Shown in pieces: positions 10,115 to 20,207 of a DNA stretch of 64,000 bases. Source of the stretch: Alkalispirochaeta sp. (GTDB taxonomy: Bacteria; Spirochaetota; Spirochaetia; DSM-27196; Alkalispirochaetaceae); assembly GCA_965601925.1 (NCBI GenBank), contig OZ271854.1, positions 1,664,001 to 1,728,000 of the forward strand, in the 5' to 3' direction. The translations under genes were made by a program, and so were the position numbers. Each line of letters opens with the position of its first letter. Within the stretch, counting starts at the first letter, position 1. The notes beneath the pieces were generated by a model. It was not told where the DNA came from, did not search any database, and saw only the letters and a program-made list of their open reading frames with translations.

Positions 10115-11304
10115 ACATATGTGTCGTTGGGTTGGGATACATTGGACTTCCGACCGCTGCGCTTCTGGCGAATAGAGGGCATCGGATCTTCGGTGTCGAT
10201 GTCGCTGTAGAAGCCGTAGAAACAATTAACCAAGGCAACATTCATATCGTAGAACCGGACTTAGATACGTTCGTTCGAGCTGCTGTGGAAAGCGGCAAAC
10301 TCACCGCACACACGGAGCCGAGAACGGCCGACGTATTCATTATCGCCGTTCCCACGCCTTTCATGGCGAATCACGCTCCGGATCTCAGCTATGTTGACGC
10401 GGCGGTGCGCGCGATCGCACCTCATGTTCGGTCGGGAAACATTGTGATTTTGGAGTCCACAAGCCCGGTGGGAACGACGGAGCGTGTCGCGATGTTACTG
10501 CGGGAGTCGGGTGCCGCAGTCGATAACCTCTCAATCGCTCATTGTCCGGAGCGAGTTCTGCCGGGACGGATCATGATTGAGCTTACGGAGAACGATCGAA
10601 TTGTAGGGGGGATCAGTCCAAAAGCAACTCGCGATGTTGCCGAGTTCTACCGTCAGTTTGTGACCGGTGATGTCTTAGAAACCGACGCGCGCACCGCCGA
10701 GATGGCTAAGTTGGTGGAAAACGCCTCTCGGGACGTCCAAATTGCATTTGCGAACGAGCTTTCAATGTTGTGCGATCGATTTGGAATAGACGTTTGGGAA
10801 CTCATTGAACTTGCAAATCACCATCCACGAGTGAATATCTTACGACCGGGAACCGGAGTCGGCGGTCACTGCATTGCGGTGGATCCATGGTTTCTCATCC
10901 ATTCGGCAGGGGGCGATGCGAAGCTGATCGAAACTGCTCGACACCGCAACACCGAAAAGACCGAATGGGTTATCAAGAAAATCGTTGATCGAACACGTGA
11001 CTTCAACGCACAGCATGGCCGTCCCGCGCGAGTTGCGTGCATGGGACTCGCGTTCAAACCCGATATCGACGATATGCGAGAGAGTCCATCTTTGTATGTT
11101 GTGAGACGGCTGAAGAGTATGGGAGTAGATGTGATCGCTGTGGAGCCGAACATCGAGCAACACTCGGAGATTGAGTTGTGTTCACCGGAAGCGGCTATCG
11201 AACAGTCGGATATCGTTGCATATTTGGTGGCGCATCGGGAGTTTCATTCGTTGGCCGTAGCTCCTTCAAAGGTGCTTGATTTTTGTGGGGTCGTAGGACA
11301 CTAA
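10111..11304 (+). CDS. wecC: UDP-N-acetyl-D-mannosamine dehydrogenase
   Basis: '[12 protein letters not shown]', 'ESTSPVGTT', 'HCPERVLPG', '[11 protein letters not shown]', '[12 protein letters not shown]'. Confidence 0.93.
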   Translation: MNICVVGLGYIGLPTAALLANRGHRIFGVDVAVEAVETINQGNIHIVEPDLDTFVRAAVESGKLTAHTEPRTADVFIIAVPTPFMANHAPDLSYVDAAVRAIAPHVRSGNIVILESTSPVGTTERVAMLLRESGAAVDNLSIAHCPERVLPGRIMIELTENDRIVGGISPKATRDVAEFYRQFVTGDVLETDARTAEMAKLVENASRDVQIAFANELSMLCDRFGIDVWELIELANHHPRVNILRPGTGVGGHCIAVDPWFLIHSAGGDAKLIETARHRNTEKTEWVIKKIVDRTRDFNAQHGRPARVACMGLAFKPDIDDMRESPSLYVVRRLKSMGVDVIAVEPNIEQHSEIELCSPEAAIEQSDIVAYLVAHREFHSLAVAPSKVLDFCGVVGH

Positions 11305-11306
11305 CG

Positions 11307-12452
11307 ATGTCCAATAAAATCCTCACTGTTTTCGGAACCCGCCCGGAAGCGATCAAAATGGCCCCGGTGGTGAAAGCGTTGGAGGCTGCCGACGGGGTAG
11401 AAGCGCGCGTATGCGTCACCGCGCAGCATAGACAGATGCTCGATCAAGTACTCTCCATTTTCAATGTTGAACCCGACTGGGATTTGGACATTATGATGCC
11501 GGGTCAGGATCTGTACGATGTCACCGGCAAGGTGCTTGTCGGACTGCGTGATGTTCTGAGAGACTTTGCCCCCGACGCTGTCCTCGTACACGGAGATACG
11601 ACCACCACGATGACCGCGGCGATTGCATCGTATTATCAACGCGTTTCCGTAGGGCACGTAGAGGCAGGTTTGCGTACACGAAACATTTTCAGCCCCTGGC
11701 CCGAGGAGATCAATCGACAGATTACCGGCCGCATCGCCACATGGCATTTTGCCCCGACTAACCTTGCTCGAAACAACCTTTTGGAAGAAAGAGTCGATCC
11801 CGAATCTATCATTGTTACCGGCAATACCGTTATTGATGCTCTTCGTCTGGTAGTGGAGCGGATCGAGGACGATTCCGAGATCCAAACGAGACAAAGGAGC
11901 TTCTTTCAAGACATTCTTGGATTCGACCCGAACGAAAATCGGTACATACTTGTTACCGGACACAGAAGAGAAAACTTTGGTCAGGGCTTTCTCAATATTT
12001 GTGAGTCTTTGAAGCGTATTGCACGGCGACATCCGGACGTGCGACTCGTTTATCCCGTGCATCTTAACCCAAACGTGAGAGAACCGGTGATGTCCATCCT
12101 TGAGGGGATTGATAACATCACGCTTATCGAGCCGCTAGACTATCTTCCGTTTGTCTACCTTATGCGTTATAGCTACTTCATACTTACCGATTCAGGTGGT
12201 ATCCAGGAAGAGGCCCCGAGCTTAGGAAAACCGGTATTGGTGATGAGGGATACGACCGAGCGTCCGGAAGCGATCGACGCCGGAACCGTGCGGCTTGTCG
12301 GGACCGACAGAGACAAAATTGTATCTGAGGCGGAAAAGCTTCTCACTGATGCGGCGTCCTACGGCGCGATGAGTCGCGCTCATAATCCGTATGGAGACGG
12401 CGAGGCAAGCGGTCGTATCGCTTCTTTTCTTCAACAGCAGTTTTCCATATGA
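11307..12452 (+). CDS. wecB: UDP-N-acetylglucosamine 2-epimerase (non-hydrolysing)
   Basis: ATG at 11307. '[13 protein letters not shown]', 'HVEAGLRT', 'TGHRRENFG', '[15 protein letters not shown]', 'NPYGDG'. Confidence 0.95.
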   Translation: MSNKILTVFGTRPEAIKMAPVVKALEAADGVEARVCVTAQHRQMLDQVLSIFNVEPDWDLDIMMPGQDLYDVTGKVLVGLRDVLRDFAPDAVLVHGDTTTTMTAAIASYYQRVSVGHVEAGLRTRNIFSPWPEEINRQITGRIATWHFAPTNLARNNLLEERVDPESIIVTGNTVIDALRLVVERIEDDSEIQTRQRSFFQDILGFDPNENRYILVTGHRRENFGQGFLNICESLKRIARRHPDVRLVYPVHLNPNVREPVMSILEGIDNITLIEPLDYLPFVYLMRYSYFILTDSGGIQEEAPSLGKPVLVMRDTTERPEAIDAGTVRLVGTDRDKIVSEAEKLLTDAASYGAMSRAHNPYGDGEASGRIASFLQQQFSI

Positions 12453-12701
12453 ACATACGGTAGCGGTGGGTATGAGCCGATCTTCGCACCGTTATCATCG
12501 ACAATGGAATGGGCGGGAAACACTGTCACCATACGGGTAGTGGCAGCGGTGAAAGCTGCGTCGTTTGCGTACTGTGACGAAGCGGTACAAACCGATGCTT
12601 ACAACACGCCCTCTGTATCGAGATCACGAAACTACTTTGAGAGAATCAACAAAAAGATGAACCAAACGGTATCGTTGCTTAATCGGATCTGAAGAACGAG
12701 T

Positions 12702-14534
12702 ATGTGTGCAATAACAGGGTATGTATCCAAAAATGGTTCTCCCGTCTCTTTGGTTTTGTTGAATGAGTTGAACTCGGTCGCTGCTCATCGAGGGCCTGAC
12801 GATGACGGTTGTGTTGTCGAGGGCTGTGTGGGAATCGGCCATCGACGTCTCTCGATAATCGATCTTTCTGCCGCAGGTCATCAGCCGATGGTGAGAGACG
12901 ATCTGGCTCTCACCATCGTTTACAATGGCGAGGTCTATAATTACGTCGAACTGCGGGCGGAACTTGAGCGATCAGGTTACGTATTCTCCACGAGAACCGA
13001 CACCGAGGTCATTCTTTGTGCATACGATCACTGGGGTGCGAACTGTGTAAAACACTTCAACGGGATGTGGGCGTTTGCCATTCTGGACAAGAAACACGAG
13101 CGTGTTTTCTGTTCTCGTGATCGGTTTGGTATCAAGCCGTTCTACTACTATGACGAGGACGATTTCTTTGCGTTTGGATCCGAGATACGCCAACTGCTCC
13201 CTCTTTTGCCTCGTGTGCGAGCCAACAGGGATGTCGTTACCGAGTTCATTATGAATGTAACGCCCGAGCCGTATCGACAAACGTTTTTCGACGGTGTGTT
13301 CAAGCTACCCGGAGGGCACAATCTGACGTACGATTTAGCGAATCACGTTTTTTCCGTCGAAGCATACTACCAACTCTCCGCAAAATCTTCCAAGGAGAAC
13401 CGTTCGCTTACTGAAAACGTCGACGCATACGGTACTGCCCTTTGTGATGCGGTGAAGCTTCGTCTACGGGCCGACGTACCTGTCGGAACGTGCCTTAGTG
13501 GCGGACTTGATAGTTCGTCGGTTGCTACGTTGGCTTCGCAGAGGTATGTCTCCGCCACGGGACAGCGCTTCAAAGCCATTACCGCCGTGAGTGAACAAGC
13601 GTCAAATGACGAATCCGGCTTCGCACAAGTCGTCTCAGATCATGCGAATCTCGACTGGATTACGGTTACGCCGACATACGATCAGTTTGTAGCGACGATC
13701 GGCGACGTAGTAAAAGCCCAAGAAGAGCCATTTGCGGGACCATCGATCTGCATGCAGTTCTTTGTTATGAAGACTGCCAAAGAACACAGCATTCCGGTAT
13801 TGCTTGATGGGCAGGGTGGTGACGAAACGCTTTTAGGATATGAGCGATACTATGCGGCGCACTTCATCGACCTCGTACGGCGCAAAGGGCTCCTATACGG
13901 TCTTCGTTCCCTTCTGACGTGTCGGCGAAACAATGCAAATATGTCGGTTATGCGTATGGTGCTGTTTCTGTTCTACTTTTCGTTTGCTCGTCTACGGTAT
14001 TCAAACTACCGTAGACGCAATCGATATCTTAAGTTTTTTCCACGGCTACCGCGAAAAATTGTCGATAGTTCGCGGGCAGTGCGTGATATTGCTGCGTTGC
14101 AGCGACGCGAAATACTGTGTGACAATCTGCCTGCGCTCCTCCGATACGAAGACAAAAACTCGATGTGGCACTCCATAGAAACAAGATTACCGTTTATCGA
14201 CTACCATGCGGTAGAGACGGCGCTTTCCATGCCGGGCGAGAACAAAATTCGAAACGGGTGGACCAAGTTCGCGCTCCGAGATTTCATGAAAGAGAAGATG
14301 CCCAGCGAAATTGTATGGCGAAAAAACAAGTTTGGATTTGAAGCTCCGGAGCAGATTTGGCTGACTCGACATATCGATGCAATGCGTGAAGTCGTTTTGC
14401 AGTCCCCATTGATTCGTAGTTTAGAAAAGAGTGGCTATCTTGCGCGCGAGTTTGCAAGCTTGGATCGGCGCACGCAATGGCGTCTTTATAGTGTGGCCCT
14501 TTGGGAGTCCGCATTCAAAGTAGAGGCGCAATAG
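12702..14534 (+). CDS. asnB: Asparagine synthase-type glutamine amidotransferase (probable sugar-uronate amidation)
   Basis: N-terminal MC (Ntn Cys2), 'HRGPD', 'GHRRLSIIDLS', 'NGEVYNY', 'LSGGLDSS', 'DGQGGDE', 'RYEDKNSM..SIETRLPF'. Confidence 0.92.
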   Translation: MCAITGYVSKNGSPVSLVLLNELNSVAAHRGPDDDGCVVEGCVGIGHRRLSIIDLSAAGHQPMVRDDLALTIVYNGEVYNYVELRAELERSGYVFSTRTDTEVILCAYDHWGANCVKHFNGMWAFAILDKKHERVFCSRDRFGIKPFYYYDEDDFFAFGSEIRQLLPLLPRVRANRDVVTEFIMNVTPEPYRQTFFDGVFKLPGGHNLTYDLANHVFSVEAYYQLSAKSSKENRSLTENVDAYGTALCDAVKLRLRADVPVGTCLSGGLDSSSVATLASQRYVSATGQRFKAITAVSEQASNDESGFAQVVSDHANLDWITVTPTYDQFVATIGDVVKAQEEPFAGPSICMQFFVMKTAKEHSIPVLLDGQGGDETLLGYERYYAAHFIDLVRRKGLLYGLRSLLTCRRNNANMSVMRMVLFLFYFSFARLRYSNYRRRNRYLKFFPRLPRKIVDSSRAVRDIAALQRREILCDNLPALLRYEDKNSMWHSIETRLPFIDYHAVETALSMPGENKIRNGWTKFALRDFMKEKMPSEIVWRKNKFGFEAPEQIWLTRHIDAMREVVLQSPLIRSLEKSGYLAREFASLDRRTQWRLYSVALWESAFKVEAQ

Positions 14535-14680
14535 GAAGTAGATGTGTATGCAGACTTTGATCTCTTTGGCACCATTTAGGAACGACAGTAGCTATCGAGA
14601 GGTTGCGCGCGTTTTTATTACGTATCTGCGTATCGTGCCGCCACATCTTTGCAGTAAGCACGCAGAGTAATACTGAGGAT

Positions 14681-14783
14681 AGTGTCAGCGGTTACCGATA
14701 TCACACTCACGCACCTTCTGATAGCTCGATAGCGCGGCCGATCGCACCGTCCGTGGTAGGACACCCTCGGTTACGCTGACACT
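14681..14783. repeat. Imperfect inverted repeat enclosing ~68 nt in an intergenic gap
   Basis: AGTGTCAGCGGTTACCGA (14681-14698) versus TCGGTTACGCTGACACT (14767-14783): 10 perfect outer pairs plus 6 more with one bulge and one mismatch. Confidence 0.6.
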
Positions 14784-14833
14784 CAGTGTTCAGCATTCGG
14801 CGTATCGTATCAATTGACTTCACCGGTAGAAAC

Positions 14834-15988
14834 ATGAGCAAACGAATCAACCTGCATCTGTATCCGTCGTCTTTGCAAAACGCGAGTAGAATGGAAAAAA
14901 TTTCATCGACAATTGAAAAAACTTCAATTTTTGATGAGATACACTTAGTCGGCACAACCAGTCCGGGTCGGCAGAGTGAGCGATCTATTTCTGAGAGAGT
15001 CGTCGTTCGACTCTTGGGGCCGGAGAATCCGCAAAAAGGATTTTGGGGCAAGGTGGGAACGTTTCTGTCATGGTATCGCGCGGTTATAGCGCAGTACGGA
15101 AAGCAAGCTCTGATGTGTGTTAACGCACACAGCCTTTCTTCTCTGCCCTTGGCATGGTTGTTAAAAAAGCGTTCGGGTGGAATGCTGATTTACGACACAC
15201 ATGAGTTGGAAACCGAGACGCAAACTGCAAGAGGGGTACGAAAACTCTTGGCGAGAATCGTGGAGCGATTGTTTGTCGCGGCGTGTGATCACGTATTTGT
15301 CGTTAGTGAGTCGATCGCCGATTGGTACCAACAACGTTATCGTATTGCAAGACCTTCCGTCGTCTTAAACGCACCCGTATATCAACGCGTCTCGTGCGCG
15401 ACTGATCTTCGAGCAACATTGGGAGTTCCCGACGACGCAACGTTGTTTCTCTATCAGGGAGTCTTTGGACGCGGACGGGGCATAGAGCTTCTGTTAGACA
15501 CCTTCAAGAGTATCGATGACAACGTGGCGCTTCTGCTGCTTGGATACGGGCCGCTCGAGCAGGTGGTTATCGGTGCCGCCGATGAGTCTCCCAAGGTCTT
15601 TTTTCATCCGGCGGTCCCTCCTAATCAGTTGATACACTATACAACATGTGCCGACGTCGGTATTGCGCTCATTCAAAACATCTGCCTGTCGTATTACTAT
15701 TCGATGCCGAACAAGCTGTTCGAGTATCTCATGGCCGGGTTACCGGTTCTCGTCTCAAATATGTACGACATGGCACGGTTTGTAGAAGAGAACGACGTCG
15801 GAGCGGTGATTGAGACCGAGTCGGTTGATGCAATCGGGGCGGCGATACGCCGACTCAATATGATCTCGGACGAGAAACTTACCGAGCGGATCGATGCAGT
15901 TCGACGCACGTACAACTGGGACAACCAACAGCAGACAATAAAACGTGTATACCGGGATCTCTTCGTCCCAGAAGGTTCCGGTTCATAA
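14834..15988 (+). CDS. Glycosyltransferase family 4
   Basis: ATG at 14834 preferred over GTG 14786. 'IYDTHELETE', 'YQGVFGRGRGIE', 'YSMPNKLFEYLMAGLPV'. Confidence 0.9.
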   Translation: MSKRINLHLYPSSLQNASRMEKISSTIEKTSIFDEIHLVGTTSPGRQSERSISERVVVRLLGPENPQKGFWGKVGTFLSWYRAVIAQYGKQALMCVNAHSLSSLPLAWLLKKRSGGMLIYDTHELETETQTARGVRKLLARIVERLFVAACDHVFVVSESIADWYQQRYRIARPSVVLNAPVYQRVSCATDLRATLGVPDDATLFLYQGVFGRGRGIELLLDTFKSIDDNVALLLLGYGPLEQVVIGAADESPKVFFHPAVPPNQLIHYTTCADVGIALIQNICLSYYYSMPNKLFEYLMAGLPVLVSNMYDMARFVEENDVGAVIETESVDAIGAAIRRLNMISDEKLTERIDAVRRTYNWDNQQQTIKRVYRDLFVPEGSGS

Positions 15989-16076
15989 GTAGCGCAATAT
16001 TGGCAACGAGCAGCCGGCTCGAAAGACTTTCGTGAAGTTCGGGTCTCTGCTCGTGGCGAAGTGAGGTTTCAATAGT

Positions 16077-17159
16077 ATGTCTTTCACAGTGTGCACTGTT
16101 GTCGGAGCACGCCCGCAGTTTGTCAAAGCCGCCGTCGTATCGAGAGCGTTAGTCGCGAACGAAATACCCGAGACGATCATTCATACCGGGCAACACTACG
16201 ATGCAAATATGTCTGATGTTTTTTTTTCGGAGCTTGAGATCCCCGAGCCCGATTACAACCTGGGTATTGGTGGCGGCACACACGGCAGCAATACCGGACG
16301 CATGATTGAGGCAATCGAGACACTGTTAATCGAGAATCGACCGGACATCGTCCTCGTGTACGGCGATACCGACTCTACGTTGGCCGCTACGCTTGCGGCG
16401 GTCAAGTTACACATCCCCGTTGCACATGTAGAGGCCGGGTTGCGCTCCTTCAACCGTCGGATGCCGGAGGAGGTTAACCGAGTGTTGACCGATCATGCCG
16501 CGGATGTTCTCTTCGCGCCCACGAAAACCGCGGTAGACCATCTCATCAATGAGGGCGTTCCCGCGGGCCGGATTGATCAAGTAGGCGACGTTATGTACGA
16601 CGCGGCTTTGTTCTATGGAGATATGGCTCGACAACGGAGTGCTATTTTGGACCAACTAAGCCTCACACCAAAAGCGTATGTGCTCGGTACGATACACCGT
16701 GCGGAGAACACCGATGATGCCGACCGGTTGCGTGCAATCATCGAGGGCTTTGCATTGAGCGGTCGTTCCGTCGTTCTTCCGCTACATCCCCGCACTCGTT
16801 CTCGCCTCGCCTCTTTCGCTCTTTCGTTACCGGACAACGTTCTTGACATCGATCCGGTTGGATATCTCGACATGGTAATGCTCGAGAAAAATGCGAGTCT
16901 CATAGTGACCGACTCAGGGGGAGTTCAAAAAGAAGCGTTCTTCCATGGCATACCGTGTGTTACGGTGCGCGATGAAACGGAGTGGGTGGAGCTGGTGGAG
17001 ACGGGATGGAACCGTTTAGCGCCTCCCAGGAGCGCACGCGATGTCGCCTCCGTGATCAACAGGAGTAAACCGTTATCGCAAGAAACGGACAGTTTCTACG
17101 GTGATGGACATGCCGGTGAACATATCGTCGACCGCTTGAAACAAAGAGAAATCAAATAA
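16077..17159 (+). CDS. Second UDP-GlcNAc 2-epimerase family protein, WbpI-like subtype
   Basis: 'VVGARPQFVK', 'IHTGQHYDANMS', 'YGDTDSTLA', 'SFNRRMPEEVNR', 'TDSGGVQKEAFF'. The GARPQF/HTGQHYD pattern differs from the GTRPE of WecB. Confidence 0.88.
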   Translation: MSFTVCTVVGARPQFVKAAVVSRALVANEIPETIIHTGQHYDANMSDVFFSELEIPEPDYNLGIGGGTHGSNTGRMIEAIETLLIENRPDIVLVYGDTDSTLAATLAAVKLHIPVAHVEAGLRSFNRRMPEEVNRVLTDHAADVLFAPTKTAVDHLINEGVPAGRIDQVGDVMYDAALFYGDMARQRSAILDQLSLTPKAYVLGTIHRAENTDDADRLRAIIEGFALSGRSVVLPLHPRTRSRLASFALSLPDNVLDIDPVGYLDMVMLEKNASLIVTDSGGVQKEAFFHGIPCVTVRDETEWVELVETGWNRLAPPRSARDVASVINRSKPLSQETDSFYGDGHAGEHIVDRLKQREIK

Positions 17160-17163
17160 AGCA

Positions 17164-18408
17164 GTGAAACACGTTTGGATACTCAATCACTATGCCCAGG
17201 AACCGTCTCGTCCGGGTGGCACCAGACACTACTCACTGGCAAAATTTCTGACGTACTACGGGTGGACCGCGACCATAATCGCTGCGAGTACCGAACACGG
17301 GACCGGACGGCAGCGGCTGGAGGAGGGCGTTTCATTTCGGCAACAAGTCTGTGACGGAGTCAACTTCATCTGGGTTCGTACATCGGGGTATAGCGGCAAC
17401 GGTTTTGATAGGATCAAAAACATGCTGGAATACACGTGGCGTACGCTACGACCATCTACCACCGCGGAGCTATCGTCACCGAATGCTATCATAGGATCAA
17501 GTGTGCACCCGTTTGCTGCCTGGGCCGGCCTGCGTTTGGCGAAACGGAAGAAAGTTCCATTCATTTTTGAAGTTCGCGATCTTTGGCCCCAAACGTTGAT
17601 AGATATGGGGCGGTTGAGAGAGCATAGCCCGCTTACCCTACTCTTGCGTCACCTGGAGCGAACTCTGTACCAGCGGGCGCAACGAATCATTTCTTTGCTG
17701 CCTGATGCATATCGATACATTAAAGGTCTTGGTATTGATGGCAACAAGATTTTCTGGATTCCGAACGGCGCCGACGTTCATGACTACTCCGCTTTGGAAA
17801 CGGCAAGCGAAGAAGACAGTTTCGTCGTTATGTATTTCGGCGCGCACGGCCATGCTAATGACATTGATACAATACTCCGAGCCTTTTCGATCGCAGTCAA
17901 CCGAGAAGCCACAAAAAGAATTCAACTTCGTCTCATCGGCGACGGTCCAAAGAAAAATGAACTAATAAGAGAATCAAATGAATTAAATTTACATAACTGT
18001 GTTTCCTTTGAAGATCCGGTTTCTAAAAAAAAGATACCTGAGATTGCGTCGAAAGCCGATGCGTTCATCATTGCCGTACGTGACCTACCTGGTTTATACA
18101 AGTATGGAATCAGTATGAACAAGCTGTACGATTACATGGCCCTCGGTAGGCCCGTCCTCATCTCCGTGAATGCATCAAACAACCCTATCGAGGAAGCAAG
18201 TTGCGGTATAACCGTTGAACCCGGCAATCCGGAGCTACTCGCAGATGGAATTATACAGCTCGCGTCTCTTCCGTTAGCGGAACGCCTGCGAATGGGACGT
18301 GCCGGTCGGAAATATGTAGAAACTCATCACGACTACCGGTTATTGGCGGGTGAGTTAGCGTCTGCGCTCGACGATAGCGTCTCCGAGTACGGATCGACGG
18401 ACAGATGA
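17164..18408 (+). CDS. Glycosyltransferase family 4 (WbuB/Cap5L-like)
   Basis: 'WILNHYA...GGTRH', 'FEVRDLWP', 'YFGAHGHAN', 'YGISMNKLYDYMALGRP'. Confidence 0.9.
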   Translation: MKHVWILNHYAQEPSRPGGTRHYSLAKFLTYYGWTATIIAASTEHGTGRQRLEEGVSFRQQVCDGVNFIWVRTSGYSGNGFDRIKNMLEYTWRTLRPSTTAELSSPNAIIGSSVHPFAAWAGLRLAKRKKVPFIFEVRDLWPQTLIDMGRLREHSPLTLLLRHLERTLYQRAQRIISLLPDAYRYIKGLGIDGNKIFWIPNGADVHDYSALETASEEDSFVVMYFGAHGHANDIDTILRAFSIAVNREATKRIQLRLIGDGPKKNELIRESNELNLHNCVSFEDPVSKKKIPEIASKADAFIIAVRDLPGLYKYGISMNKLYDYMALGRPVLISVNASNNPIEEASCGITVEPGNPELLADGIIQLASLPLAERLRMGRAGRKYVETHHDYRLLAGELASALDDSVSEYGSTDR

Positions 18409-19040
18409 GTATCGATACCGTTGCGTACGCGATAAAAACGCGCCTTCCTTGGGCATTTTCGTTGATTGAGTTGCTTTTCCGCTATGCGACCGTGCTCCGC
18501 CATACCGGTAGTCGACGTCTCGCGCTCAGTCGTTCGGCCGTCCAAGGCGCCATACGCGGTTGTGCTGCAACGATCCGGCCGTTGGTGCTTGATGACGCTC
18601 ATCTGCTATGCACTTTCCTTTCTGAGCAACCCGATGAGTATATGCGTTTTTTTCACCCCCATGATTTCTCTCTCAGTGGGGTGTTGTCGATACTGCGCTC
18701 AAAGGTTCACTGTTGCTACGGATTATTTGTAGAGGAAAGGATCAAAGCATATAGCTTGATCAAACTCTTTCCGACGCGAAATGCATACTGCGGTTTAATC
18801 GTCTCTTCGGATTCGACCGGCCTTGGGTTGGGTAAGTTTTTATGGCGATTTCTCATTTGGCAATGTGCAGAGATGAACATCACGCCGTGTGCCACCGTCC
18901 ATGTCTCCAATTTAGCTTCCTTACGGTCACTGATAGCGGTTCATCCGGCAATCAGGCAGTACCCGTTGCCAAATGATTATCAGCGAATTGTTATTCCTGT
19001 AAATGAGAACGATAAAACACCACCGGAGCTCGATATTTGA
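18405..19040 (+). CDS. Putative GNAT-family N-acyltransferase
   Basis: 211 aa. 'IRPLVLDD', acyl-CoA loop 'STGLGLGKFL', 'TVHVSNLASLRS'. Overlaps both neighbours by 4 bp. Confidence 0.65.
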   Translation: MSIDTVAYAIKTRLPWAFSLIELLFRYATVLRHTGSRRLALSRSAVQGAIRGCAATIRPLVLDDAHLLCTFLSEQPDEYMRFFHPHDFSLSGVLSILRSKVHCCYGLFVEERIKAYSLIKLFPTRNAYCGLIVSSDSTGLGLGKFLWRFLIWQCAEMNITPCATVHVSNLASLRSLIAVHPAIRQYPLPNDYQRIVIPVNENDKTPPELDI

Positions 19041-20203
19041 CTACCGAAGCAATTTGTACCTTTGTCAAAGGCCTTTATGAGCCCCTTGACTTTCTTCCCC
19101 TCCACCGACCGATTCTCGGTGATCTTGAAAAGACATATCTTTCCGACTGCATCGACAGCAACTTCGTGTCGTCTGTAGGTGTTCGAGTAACCGAGTTCGA
19201 AGAACGCCTTGCTCGTTTTACGGGGGTGAAGCGTGCGATAGCAACGGTAAACGGAACGGCCGCGCTACATATTGCGCTCAGGGAGGCGGGAGCGCGGAAC
19301 GACACCGAAGTGATCACCCAACCTCTTACCTTCGCCGCAACAACCAACGCGATCGCATATACTGGGGCGATACCGTTGTTTGTTGACGTGGAGCGAGCAA
19401 CGCTTGGTCTTGATCCGGACCGCTTGGTGGAGTTTCTTCGCACTAAGACCATAGTCAAAAACGGGCGTCTGACGAACGCTGATACCGGGCGTGTTATCAG
19501 CGCCTGTGCACCTGTGCATATTTATGGGCATCCGTGCCGAGTTGATGAGATAGCCGCCATCTGTAGTGAATACGAAATCCCCGTCGTTGAGGACGCCGCC
19601 GAGGCACTCGGCAGTTACCGTAACGATGGGCACGTCGGTCATGACGGTGTTATGGCAACGCTCAGTTTCAATGGTAACAAGATTATCACCACCGGCGGCG
19701 GTGGTGCGATTCTGACCAATGACGAGGTACTTGCGGATCGACTTAAGCACATCACCACCACAGCCAAACAGTCACATCCATACGAGTTCTTCCACGACGA
19801 AATCGGGTATAACTATCGTCTTCCCAACCTGAACGCCGCTCTCGGTTGCGCGCAGATGGACAGACTTCCGAGCTTCCTTCGGGAGAAGCGAGGTATCGCC
19901 GAAGCGTATCGCACTTTCTTTGACGGCTCGAAGCTGGATTTCATCGACGAACCGACGGGTTGTCGATCGAACTTCTGGCTCAACGGGGTCCTATTTCCCA
20001 ACCGTACCGAACGGAATACGTTCTTGGATTACTCAAATGCTCACGGCGTCATGACGCGACCGTTTTGGCGTCTTATGCCCGACCTACCGGCCTTTAAGGA
20101 CGCCTTCTGCGGAGAGATTCCCGTCGCACGCGACTTATACGATCGAGGAGTCGCTTTGCCGAGCAGCGTTCCTCTGAAGACGATCGACTCGACTGAGGTA
20201 TGA
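19037..20203 (+). CDS. DegT/DnrJ/EryC1/StrS PLP sugar aminotransferase, LegC family
   Basis: TTG start. 'PLHRP', 'SNFVSSVG', 'NGTAALH', 'EDAAEALGS', 'SFNGNKIITTGGGG', 'GYNYRLPNLNAALG'. Confidence 0.92.
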   Translation: MTTEAICTFVKGLYEPLDFLPLHRPILGDLEKTYLSDCIDSNFVSSVGVRVTEFEERLARFTGVKRAIATVNGTAALHIALREAGARNDTEVITQPLTFAATTNAIAYTGAIPLFVDVERATLGLDPDRLVEFLRTKTIVKNGRLTNADTGRVISACAPVHIYGHPCRVDEIAAICSEYEIPVVEDAAEALGSYRNDGHVGHDGVMATLSFNGNKIITTGGGGAILTNDEVLADRLKHITTTAKQSHPYEFFHDEIGYNYRLPNLNAALGCAQMDRLPSFLREKRGIAEAYRTFFDGSKLDFIDEPTGCRSNFWLNGVLFPNRTERNTFLDYSNAHGVMTRPFWRLMPDLPAFKDAFCGEIPVARDLYDRGVALPSSVPLKTIDSTEV

Positions 20204-20207
20204 CAAC

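Noticed and set aside
12453..12701. Intergenic gap with a 62-aa ORF, an ops-like 'ACGGTAGCGGTG' and a loose hairpin
   Set aside because: The ops match is imperfect, the ORF has no clear RBS or motif, and the hairpin needs several bulges.
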